A DNA stretch of 64,000 nt from Cyanophora paradoxa CCMP329 (Eukaryota; Plantae; Glaucophyta), in contig QPMI01000207.1 of the NCBI GenBank assembly GCA_004431415.1, positions 112,818-176,817 of the forward strand. Reading direction: 5' to 3'. Below are positions 51,590 through 62,329 of the stretch, piece after piece (positions within the stretch are counted from its first letter, which is position 1; each line of letters begins with the position of its first letter). A program made the position numbers and the translations under genes. The notes below the pieces were generated by a model. It was not told the DNA's origin. It made no database searches and saw nothing but the letters and a program-made list of their open reading frames with translations.

Positions 51590-53599
51590 ATGGCGCCCGC
51601 TGAGATCGCAGAGGCGGCGCCGGTGTTCTACCTACTGGGCCCGGGGCGCATGGGGAAATCGTGTACCGTTCGTCTCCTCAAGATCCTTTACTCCCACGAG
51701 GGCATCACAAGTGCGCCCCTTGCCGCCGCGCACAAATGCGATTTCGATGCAATCGCAGGCTGGGAGCGGGAGCTCGCAAAGGAGCGGTTGGTAGAGAACC
51801 TCATGGACGCCGTGAAAGTCCTTCTTGACGCGGCCGGTTCGACGAGCAAAGCGGCGATCAGTTCGATAGAATAGCGTACATGCGCAGCTCACAAAGCGCA
51901 GACCTGGAGGACTCCCGCCTTCCCGCGAACAAGATTAAGGCGCGTCCGTGCACCCTCTTCCCCCCGCGCCGCGCAGCCAGCGCCAGCTCCGCCCCGTATA
52001 CGCGCCCCGCTCAACCGCATGCGCAGGAGACAAGAACGCTGATGGAGAAGTGGGCGGATCTAGACGAAAGGGACAAGACGCGGGCAACGTCTCACTTCAA
52101 AGAACTCGCCCAGGACCCCGGTGCGTCTCGACTTGCGGCGGGACCTCTCTCCGTGGCCAACCTCTCCCAGGCTTCCGCGCTTCGATGCTGCGCGTCCTGC
52201 ACGACCCCAAGAACCCTCTGTGGCCCGGCATCTTGGCCGTCCCCTCCGCTGGTGCGGCGAGCGCTAGCGCGCATCGCCAGTGCATCGGCTCGTACGCGTG
52301 CGCGCGCTGAGAGAGGCGTCGGCCAGAGTACCTCACCGACCACCACGAGCGCATCCTAGACAAGGTTCTTTGCTGCATCTAGACCCAGCTTTCCAGTGCG
52401 GACGCCAGTTGCCAACCTTTCGGGCGCAGGATTACCTGCCGACGGCGGTCGACTGTCTCCACGTCCGTACTCGAACGACGGGGTGTGCCGCTTCAGTTCT
52501 GCTCCTGTTTCTCCGCGCAGCTGAATATCGCCTTGCGTAGAATCTACTCTACCGAGTGAGGACAGTGACCCATCCGCTTCACCCGAGCCAACGCACCCTT
52601 GCAGCTTCGAGGGTCCCACTTCGGTCCATTTGCCGTCGTGGACACGGGAGGCGAGCGCTCGGAGCGCAGGAAGTGCGCGTGGCCGGCGCCAGCCGCGTCG
52701 AGCCGCCGCGCCTGAGCGCGGCTGGCAGGTGGCCCATGTGGTGGGCGCGCGACGGGAAGCAGATGGCCTCGCGCGTCTTCCCCGTCTTTGTGGCGCGGCT
52801 CGACTCGTTCGGCGAGCAGCTCTTCGAGGCGCGCCCCGCCGCCCCGCCCTCGCCTTCCGCAGCCGACGGCGGCGGCGCAGGCGGAGGGGACATGATGCGG
52901 GACATGGTCGACTGCTGGCGGGGGACGCTGGCGGCCCCGTTCGTGAAGGAGGCGGCCACGCCCTACTTCCTGCTCCTCAGCAAGGTACCCCCCCGCTCCC
53001 GCGCCCTCGGCGCTGCCGCTGACCGCCCGCGGGGAGGTCGACGGGCTGCGCAAGACGCTCGGCGACGGCTCGAGGCTGAAGCAGGGTGCGCGCCCCCCGC
53101 GCTTCGGCGCGCCCGCCGCGAGCTCCCGCCGACGGGCCGCGGCAGTCTTCCCCGGCTACTCCGGCGGCTCGAGCGTCGACGCCGCCGTCGACTTCGTTCG
53201 GGAAATGTGCGCAGCTCGCCCAGCGAACGCGCGCCGCCGCTGCAGCCGGCGACCGTCGGCGTAGGCTGGAGGGCGTGGCGGCTGAGGAGGCGCCCGGCCT
53301 CCCCATTCGCTCGCACGTCGTCAACAGCGTGGACGTGGAGGGCGCGCGGCCCGTCTGGGACTCGATCCTCACGGTATGCGCTCAGCCCACAGATCTTGAT
53401 CTGCGACCTGCTAAGCTCCGGCCGCGCGCTGGCAATGTGTGCGCAGGAGGCGATGCAGTCGCTAGGTCGCATTACGGACCGTGGAGACCCAGATGTCGGG
53501 CCCTCAACACGACATTGTCAGCCCGCTGCAAGCTCGAATTGCGAATATGATGTCGTTGAATCCGGAGCTGGAAAGTGGCGGCCACCCGCTCGACCGTGA
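51590..53599 (+). CDS. Divergent stand-alone G-alpha-like protein (copy 2; two exonic 1-nt G-run deletions)
   Basis: Duplicate of 40519-42531. A G is missing at ~52612 (gagggtcc vs gaggggtcc) and at ~52888, likely sequencing errors. Confidence 0.8.
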
Positions 53600-53921
53600 T
53601 CATCGGATCCCTTAGCCCTGCTGCATGCATATGTCCAGGCCAGCTGCAGGCCAATGCAATCAGACTCCCGGGAGTCACTGAGTCCTTGTGAGATTCCAAA
53701 GTTCGGTATATGATCATGATCATGAGCAGCCTGGCAGCGGAGTCTACTAGAGTCTATACGGTTCAAGACTACAATAGTGCAAACCGACTACGACGGCAAA
53801 CTAGGCCAATAAACAAATACCTAAAATGGATCCAGACCTCGATCCCATGATCCGGATGGGGACAGCTGGGAGAAACGGAAGCCTCAAAGGCTAGGGCCGG
53901 GGAGGGAGATCATGATCATGA

Positions 53922-56900
53922 TCAGTGGGCGGGGGCCTGGACGGCGGCCGCGATGACGGAGCCGGAGGCGAAGCCGAAGGCGACGCGGAGGAGGAGGTCG
54001 CCGCCGGGGGGGGCCCACTGCACGTCCGCCGACTTGGCCTCCAGGACGGCGATGTCGGCGGAGAGGAAGGGGCACGCGAAGAGGGCGGACCCCGTGCGGG
54101 CGTCCAGCACGGAGACGGTCTTCTCGTGCGAGACGAGCGCCACGCGGGCCCCGTCCGGCGAGGCCGCCATGGCGAGCGCGATGGCGGCCGGCTTCACCCG
54201 CGCCACCCGCCACGCCGCCGCCTCCGCCCCCGCCCGCTTGCCCTCGTACGCCGCCACCTCATCCCCCACCCCGACAGCCAGGCCGCCCCCGGGCAGCGGG
54301 CCCGCCGCTGCGAAGACGGGCTGCGGCCGGCCGGCCTGGTACCGCGCCGCCTCGCGCAGCGCGCCGCCGCCGAGCGCGAGCAGGCACGCCGCCCCGTCCA
54401 GCGCGGCGCAGGCCAGCGTCTGCCCGTCGTGGGAGAAGCGCAGCGACGCCACCGCCGACTGGTGCGGCCGCAGCTGCCCCTCCGCCCGCAGCGCTCCCCC
54501 ACCACCGCCCACACCTGCACGTTCCCCGCCCGATCTGCTGACGCCGCCCGCCCTCCGCCCGGCGCTGCCGCAACCGCGGTGACGGGCTGGCTGTGGGCGC
54601 GCTGCACAGCCGCGAGCGGGGCGACGGCGGGGCGGCCGTCGGGCGTCGGCGCCGTGGCGAAGAGGGCGACGGTGCCGTCCGCGAAGCCGACGAGCGCCGC
54701 GTCGTCCCCAGCGGCTGCGACCGCCGAGATGGGCGCCCGGGAGGCGGCTTCGCACGGCACCTCGAGGCGGGCGGGGCGGCCTTGCGGCCGGGCCACGGCG
54801 GCCGTCACCACGAGCACGGGCCGGTCGAGCGCGCAGCTCACCACGACGGGCTCGCGCCCCGCCGCGCCGGGGGAGAGGGAGACGCAGGTCACGGCGCCGT
54901 TATGCGCGCGGTCCGCCGCCTCCTCGGCCTTGCGCAGGTCCCACTTCTGCACGTAGGGGCCGGTGGAGGTGTAGAGGTGCTGGCCCGAGGGCGAGAAGGC
55001 GCCGTGCGGGACGGGCCCGCCGATCCCGAAGAGGAAGGCGATCGCGCGGCCTGCGCCGGCCGCCGGCTCCCACACGACGATGCGCCCGTCGGCGCCCATC
55101 GAGGCGACCCGCGAGGCCGCCCCGGCGCCGGCCCAGGCGAGCGAGAGCACCGCCCGCCCGTGCCGCATCGAGGAGGCCGCCAGCATGCCCTCCTTGCCGG
55201 AGGCCCTGCCCGCGTCCTCCGTGTTGAAGACGCGCACGAAGCCGTCCGCCGAGGCCGTCGCGAAGCGCGCGTCCCCCTCCTCGAACACCGCCGCCGTCCA
55301 CTTCTGCTCGTGCGCCCCCGCGCGGACCGTCTGCAGCTGCCCGTTCAAGTCGACGATCGTCTTCTGGACCTTCTCAGGGCGTCAGAGGGCGGCCGCATGC
55401 AGCGGATCCGCGACTGCGCACCTGCAGCTCGGACGCCGGCATCGCGAAGCGCACGCTCGTCTTCACGTCGTCGACGAGGTTCTTGTTCTGCAGGTCCCTG
55501 AGGCTCTACTGTCAGCGGCGGCCAGGGCGCGGTGCAGCGCGGGGATTTCGAAGGCACCAGATGTAGCCGAGGTGGCCGTGCTCCGCGCTCTCCGCGCGGA
55601 AGCCAACGAGGAACCTGAAAGGCGATCTCGATTTAATAGCGGAACAAGAGACCAGCGCAGGGAGGGGCACCGGTCGCTGCGAGAGAAGCCGAGCGGCCGG
55701 ATGCTCGCAGACCGAGAGGACTGGTTGCTCGGCGCCGTTCCGAGGATGGCGACCTGCTGCCACCTCACCGGGTCCCGCGTGTCGTACAGGACGATCTCTG
55801 GGCCACGGGTCGGCGAACCACTCGAGGATCTCACAGTTTCAGCAAATCGACTAACCGTCGCCGAGGACACCGACGGCGGCGGCGGCGCCCGTCGGAGACC
55901 ACACCATCGAAGTGATTTCCGCGTTGGGGTGGCGGCTGGTGGAGCGGGCGCCGAAAGGGTGGGCGTACTCGTTTGAATCCGCATCCAGAACCTAGAGCGA
56001 GTGTGAAACAACGAATGAGCCTCGTTGGAACGGAGGCAGGGACAGGCAAAATGAGAGGGGGAGGGGAGGGGGGAGGGGAGGGCCGGGGGGGGGAGGGCGG
56101 GGGACGGAGGGAGGGACGGAGGGAAGGGCGGGGGGGAGGGGGGGGAGAGAGAGAGGGCGGAGCGAAGTGTAGAGGAAGGCGGGGTAATGCAAAGTGGGAA
56201 GAAGGTTTTAGAAGGTGCGGGAGAGGCGCCGGGAGGGAGGGGAGGGTGTAAGGGGATAGAGGGGGGAGGGAGGGGAGGGGCGGGGGGTAGGGGCCAAGTA
56301 GGATAGAGGGGCGGGCGGGGGGTAAGGGAGGGGGTAGGGGGGGAGGGGAGGGGGGAGGGGGGAGGGGGTTGCGGAGAGAAAGAGAGAGAACGGAAGGGCG
56401 TCGTCACACCAAAACGCCGTCTGCGACGGCGACGGCGATGTGGCGACCCGCGGGGTGCGCGCCGTAGCCCAGCTGCTGCTTCTCCAGCCCTGGCATGTAC
56501 TTCCGGACGCTCCCAGTCCTAAAGGCCCCGGCGTGATGAAGCGCGGCAGCGTGCGAGATGGGACACGTACCGTTCGTCCCACCAGACGCGGACGCTCTCA
56601 CCGAGACCGACAATGACTCCCTGCCCAGTCACCGCGATCTGCGCCAGCGGCTCGTCCTTGTATGGGCGCATGCTGCGGCGAAAGTGAGACGAGCGAGGGG
56701 CGGGGCCCGGAGAGACCTCGTGCACTTGTAGGTCATGACGCGGGGCTCGCTCGGCGAACGAGGGGATGCCCAGACGGCGGACGCCGTGCGGGCGTAGTTC
56801 GCGCAGATGTACTGCGCCGCGTACGCGACGGGGCTCTCCGCGCTCCCAGCGCTCCCCAGCGCGTTGACGGCGAGCGGCAGCGTCAGCTCGGGGCTGGCTG

Positions 56901-59900
56901 TGAGCAGAGCGGCGTTCGCCGACACGAATGCCTGGTAGTCGGCGAAGTGGGGCAGCGAGGGCCGCAGCGTCTCCGGCACCGTGACGTACTCGGCCACCAT
57001 CTCCCAGACGAGGCCGGCGCGGGCGCGGCACTCGATGAAGCTCAGGTTCAGCAGCGTCTTCTGGAGCAGCTCCGCGTGCCCCGACGCCGTTGCGTGGTAC
57101 ACCACGTCCCGGAGCGCCTTGGCGTGATTCGGGTCCGCTTGCCAGCGCACGTACAGGAAGTTCGCCATGAGCCTGCAGCGTGCGCGTGAGCGCGCGGAGC
57201 CTCCTGCGTCGCTGCATGCACGTGACGCGCGCACCAGTGGAAGCTTTGATACGCCTGGCTCGTCCTGCGGGCGGGATGAGGATCGCTGCGCGGAGAGCAA
57301 TCTGAATCGCCCGCGATCGCGATCGCACGCACAGAAAATCGCCGTCGAAGTAGCGGCGGCTGCGGCCGGCATTAAAATTACTGTACGCGTGCATGGCAGT
57401 GTCGAGCACTCGGTCGGGCGCACATGACGGCCTTGGCGATCTGCCTGTGGAAGAAGTCGATGACGCCGTTGTTGTGGCGGGAGTGGTCGACGGGGCGCAG
57501 GAGAACTTGCAGCGAGAGGTAGATGCGGGCCCAGGCGTTGGCGACGATGGTGGACTCGCCGCCGGCGCCGCCCTCGCGCTGCACCTTGAGCTCCCCGATG
57601 AAGGCCACGAGGTCGGGCTCCGGGAAGCCGCCGCGGGAGCACTGGACGGCGCACAGGGAGTCGCGGACCATGTCGGGGCCCAGGAAGCCCTCGAGGCGCT
57701 CGAGGACGGCGTCGATGAGGCCCGGCATGTCCTCCGGCAGCGATGCCTGCAGCGGCCGTCAGCCCGCCCTCTCCGGAGGTTCGACGCGGGAGAGAGCCGG
57801 GCGAGCGGGTCGAGGGGGCGCACGATCTTCGCCGTGAGCTTCTCGTACACGCCGAACAGACGCAGCTCCTCGCATGCGACGGCGAGGTAGAGGGGCGAGG
57901 CGCTCTCGGGCTTGGCGACGAGCATGCCGAGCTGGTCGTTGTCGCGCGCCTCGGAGAGCTTCTTGCGGAAGGGCGCGAGAGTCCGCCGTACCAGCTCCCT
58001 CCGCTCCTCGGCGTCCAGCGGCCCGACGGGCAGCTCGCGCGGCCGCGCCGCGCGCGCCCGCATCGCCTCCAGCACGGGACCCTCGAGGCTCGAGACGAGC
58101 AGGCGGGCCCCCTCGGGGAGCGAGGCCGGGATCCACTTGGCCCCGGAGCCCGTGTCGAGCTGGTTGAGGGCGTCGATGACGATCAGCACCGCCTTCTTCT
58201 TCGCCGCCTTCGTCAGCAGCTCCGCGAACTCCTCCCGCAGCCCGTCCACCGTGTCCGCCTGCGTCGCCGCCGCCGCCGTCAGGCCCCAGCCAGGCTCGCG
58301 CACGGCGCAACGCCCGGCTGCCGCCCCCGCACCCGCTCCTCCTCGCTCATCGACAGGCCCGCGATCGCTTCGAGCGCGCCATTGACGGATCGCAGGAGCG
58401 TGGCGAGGGACGTGCTGGTGGGCGTCGTCCCGACGAAGAAGGGGATCACATGGGTGTCCCGGTGCTTGTCGGCGTGCCGCGTGCAGAACGCAGCCAGCAG
58501 CGAACTCTTCCCGCTCCCGGGGAGACCTACGACCACGCATGGCTGCCGCGTCCCCTTTGCCCCCTCCACCATCCCCTCCAGGCTGATGGCCCGTGAGCGC
58601 CGCGCCGCGCGCCGGGGCGAGCGCGGGCGCACTCGCTGAGCAGCCGCTCGCGGCCGATGAACTTGGCGGAGCGCAGCTCCATGAAGCGCCGGTGCAGGCC
58701 GAGCTCCGACATGTCGTCCTCCCCCTGGCCCCCGTCAGCGGTTCCATCCCGCAGGCAGGCCGCGGGGGCGTACGCCCGTGGCGAAGTGGCTCTGAACGTC
58801 CGTCCAGAGATCTTCAAGCATGCGAGCGCTGAACGCCTGCGCATGCCGCCCGTTCACGTTTTCCCCAGGCGGGGCTAAGGAGGGGCAAGGAAAGCAGAGC
58901 CGAGGCGCGCCTCGAGGCTGCCGACCATCGCCTTCTCCTCCCGCAGACCCGCCCACGTGCACGGGTAGTCGAACGTGCGGTCGGGGAAGGTGGCCCGCAC
59001 GCGCTGCTTCAGCTCCGCGAGGGCGCCCTTCGAGTGCTCGGACGTCTCGACGAAGCGCTCGACCAGCTCGGGCGGCGCCGTCCGCAGGAAGGATCCGTCC
59101 CGTATGTAGAAGCGGGCGAGGCACGCCGTCGGGTCCCGCATCGCCCCGTACTGCGCCGCGCCCCGCGTCGGGCCAGGCGGCGCGGGGCCGCGGAATTCGA
59201 AGGGACGGCAGATGCAGAGCGCACGTGCATCTCTCTGCGCCGCCGATCGCCATCGCGAGAATCAGCACGCTTACGGCCATGAGCAGAACGGACCAGAGAG
59301 AGAGAGGACGCACAGCTCGGTGACCGATCGTCGAGCTGGGTACTTCCTGCGGATCCGGATGCGGTCAGGGCGGGGAGTTCGGCTTGGAGGGGCGGACGAG
59401 CTCGCCGAATCCATTCGAGGAAGGGGTCGTCGGAGAAAGAGTCGGGGATCCACCTGAGACCCGGTCTCGCCCCGCCGGTGCCTACCCATTCCCCGCCCCA
59501 GCGCGAAGCACGGCTCGCACCCATATCGGTCGCCAATGAGACCGACGAAGAAGGGCCGCGCGCGGTCGATTTCCCGGAGACAGATCTCGACGACCTGCCC
59601 ACCGGAGCAGACTCGCGGTCATGATCAGCTGCGCATGCAGAAAGCGCCACGAATATCGAATGGCCGGCAGATCGAAGACGCGCCTCGTTGTTGTCCGCCT
59701 CGTGGGCCGTCACCTGCGCGGAGCAAGTCGGTGGAAGCGGTGCGAGACCGGAGCACGACTGGGAGATCTAGAGGGAGGCAGGCGCACGCCCCAGCGAAGA
59801 TCGACTTCCACGACCGTCACGCGGATCGAATTGCAGCGGTCCTGCAGGGCGTGTAAGAATTCGAGATCATCGGGAGTGGGCGCCCCGCGACGGGATCTTC

Positions 59901-62329
59901 TTACCTGCAAACCCGGGAAAACGATGCGAGTAATTTGGTCGCGCTCGCCGTGCCTGCGAACGCGTCACACGCCGAACCAAGCAGATGTCTCGCCAAGAGC
60001 GCACATGTCCTGGAAAGTTGAGGAGAGGAAGATGCGAGCGACGCGCCACTCGCGCTTCATCGATTCGCTGGGGGCGCGGTCGATCCGCAGCCGCGCTCGC
60101 ATCTCTGCCTTGGCGGCCGCCAGAGACGGTCCGCGCGGGCCGCCCGGTCCGCCTCCGCCTCCACCGCCGCCTCCAATGCGCCCCAGTGTCCGGAGGGCCG
60201 TCTGCGAAACCAGCGTTGAGCCCGGGGCGAGATGCTGAAATTCTCAGCGCGGCGCATGCCGTTAGAATCTCGTCCCACGCGGGCCCCGAGGAGGCCGGGT
60301 CGATGTTGTTGACGACGTGCACGCTGATGGAGAGGTTCGGTGCCACCTCAGCCGCCACGCCTTCGAACCTGCGGCCCCCGCGCGCCAGTGTCAGCGTCGG
60401 CCGAGGGATAGGCGAGCGGCAGAGCCCGCACAAGCTGCGGACGAAGTCGACGGCGGCGTCGACGCTCGAGCCGCCGGAGTAGCCGGGGAAGACTGCCGCG
60501 GCCCGTCGGCGGGAGCTCGCGGCGGGCGCGCCGAAGCGCGGGGGGCGCGCACCCTGCTTCAGCCTCGAGCCGTCGCCGAGCGTCTTGCGCAGCCCGTCGA
60601 CCTCCCCGCGGGCGGTCAGCGGCAGCGCCGAGGGCGCGGGAGCGGGGGGGTACCTTGCTGAGGAGCAGGAAGTAGGGCGTGGCCGCCTCCTTCACGAACG
60701 GGGCCGCCAGCGTCCCCCGCCAGCAGTCGACCATGTCCCGCATCATGTCCCCCTCCGCCTGCGCCGCCGCCGTCGGCTGCGGAAGGCGAGGGCGGGGCGG
60801 CGGGGCGCGCCTCGAAGAGCTGCTCGCCGAACGAGTCGAGCCGCGCCACAAAGACGGGGAAGACGCGCGAGGCCATCTGCTTCCCGTCGCGTGCCCACCA
60901 ATCGGGCCACCTGCCAGCCGCGCTCAGGCGCGGCGGCTCGATCGCGACGGGGCTGGCGCCGGCGAGGCGCACTTCTTGCGCTCCGAGCGCTCGCCGCCGG
61001 TATCGTAAACAGTGAAGTCGCCGAACTTAGTGCCTTTATACCTGCGAAGGAGGCCCGCGCCAGTCGGGGTTCAGGCGAGGGACCGCTTTCCACCACGCGC
61101 ACTCGGTTGAGGAGATGCTGCGGGTGCGAAAGGCGGGTTTGAGGAGGCTGAGAAGGCGAGCGGCAGGCGGCGGGCGGCACCCGGTGCTTCGGACACGGAT
61201 GTGAAGCATGTCCTCTTGAGTCGGACGGTAGTCGGCGGAAAGGATGCGCGCGTGGTGGTCGATGAGGTACTCTGGCCGACGCCTGCTTTCAGCGCACGCG
61301 CGACCCGGTGTGCAGGCGATGCGCGCGCGCCGCACCGGCGGACGGGACGGCCAAGATGCCGGGCCACAAGGGATTCTTTGGGTCGTGCAGGACGCGCAGC
61401 ATCGAGGCGCGGAAGCCTGCGAGAGGCTGGCCACGTGCACGGAGAGCGGTCCCGCCGCAGATCTAGACGTCGACGCACCAGGGTCCTGGGCGAGCTCCTT
61501 GAAGTGAGCCATGACTAGAGCCTTTTCCCCGGAAGCCCCAGCCTCCCCCTGCGCATCGCTCCACCTCTTGAGCAGGGCGCGCAGCTCCTGTGCCCGGCGT
61601 GAGCGGCGCGCGACTGGGATCCGGAGGGCGAGAGGGTCGCACGTCGAGCTTGTCGGCGGCGAAGCGGACGTCCTCCGCGAACCCCACATGTTCAAGAACG
61701 ACGCGCAGCGCGTCCTCGAGATTCTCCCGGAGCGGCTCGCGATAGCTCGCGTACTCGACATCGCGTGCGTGGAAGTTCGAGTAGAGCATCTGCAGCATTC
61801 TCGTGCAAGTACTTTTGCCGACACGGCCTGGAAAAGCAGGCGCGTGGTTTAAGCTACGCAATAGCACTGGCCCGAAGCTATCAGTCTGGATCGAAATTAA
61901 AGCGCACCAGGGCCGACGAGGAAGAAGACCGGGCGTTCGCCAGGGACGATCACTGGCGCCTGCTGCATTCGAGGCAGGTGTACGCGTTACAACGAGAGTG
62001 ACCCAGCAGCCAAGAACGAAAGCTCTTTAATTATGGGAGCGGGTCGGAGATCTAGACGCGTACGAGCAGGAGCTCGAAACTCCGTGACGTTCAGCACGAA
62101 CCTGTTGCGGACGCGGAGCCGTGCTAAGCGCTTGTAATGGACCTGCATGTGTTGCGGATGTCGTCTGTGGCTTCGGTGTCGCGGTCGCTGAAGCTTTAGC
62201 TTGCGTGGCTGCCGCAGGCACAGCTGGCAAGCGTGCGGGCCCCGTCACCGCGGCCGGCCGATTAGGAGCATCGACTACGACCTCGATGGTCTCTCCCGCG
62301 CCTCTGGGCTTCGAGCGACAGCAGCCCAT
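53922..62329 (-). CDS. G-alpha-like domain fused to DUF4062-NACHT(STAND)-WD40 (TEP1/NWD-like), roughly 1,800-2,000 aa
   Basis: MGCCRSK start. G-alpha motifs GPGRVGKST, DYRPTQEDMLHIRVRSTG, DTGGERSERKKW, LSKVD, WDEILT. A 58-nt GC-AG intron 60259-60202 is followed by TALRTLGRI-G9-PGGPRG..ESMKREWRVARIFLSSTFQDMHGERD..VDLRWGVT..CLREIDRARPFFVGLIGDRYGWIP..SVTELEMH (DUF4062). Then FIGRE..GLPGSGKSSLLA..LIVIDALNQL..SPLYLAVACEELRLFG (NACHT), followed by WD40 repeats (FATASADGFVRVF, HNGAVTCVSLS, HQSAVASLRFSHDG). One apparent 1-nt frameshift near 54505. Confidence 0.82.
60441..60941 (-). repeat. ~500 bp inverted near-identical repeat shared with the stand-alone G-alpha genes (41629-42129 and 52698-53197)
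   Basis: Exons and three introns match almost base for base from tcgagccgccgcgcctgagc to gccgtcgacttcgt. The flanking exons and introns are clearly diverged. Confidence 0.9.

Larger units (their letters stand above)
42826..53897. repeat. ~11.07 kb tandem duplication, copy 2 (starts inside the RING gene)
   Basis: Near-identical to 31758-42825. The differences I saw are almost all 1-nt G/C homopolymer indels. 3-nt GGC microhomology at the junction. Confidence 0.95.

Noticed and set aside
52600-52900. G-alpha copy 2 as a true pseudogene
   Set aside because: Only homopolymer deletions relative to copy 1, with no substitutions noticed; cannot be distinguished from consensus error.
54490-54520. 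Frameshift in the WD40 region suggesting a pseudogene or programmed frameshift
   Set aside because: Falls in a G/C run, and WD40 repeats continue intact in the next frame. The same indel type is common across this assembly, so it is probably a sequencing error.
53922-60060. Calling the NACHT-WD40 part a separate TEP1 ortholog
   Set aside because: No TROVE domain, no intergenic space or G-alpha stop upstream, and a paralog-supported intron joins it in frame to G-alpha.
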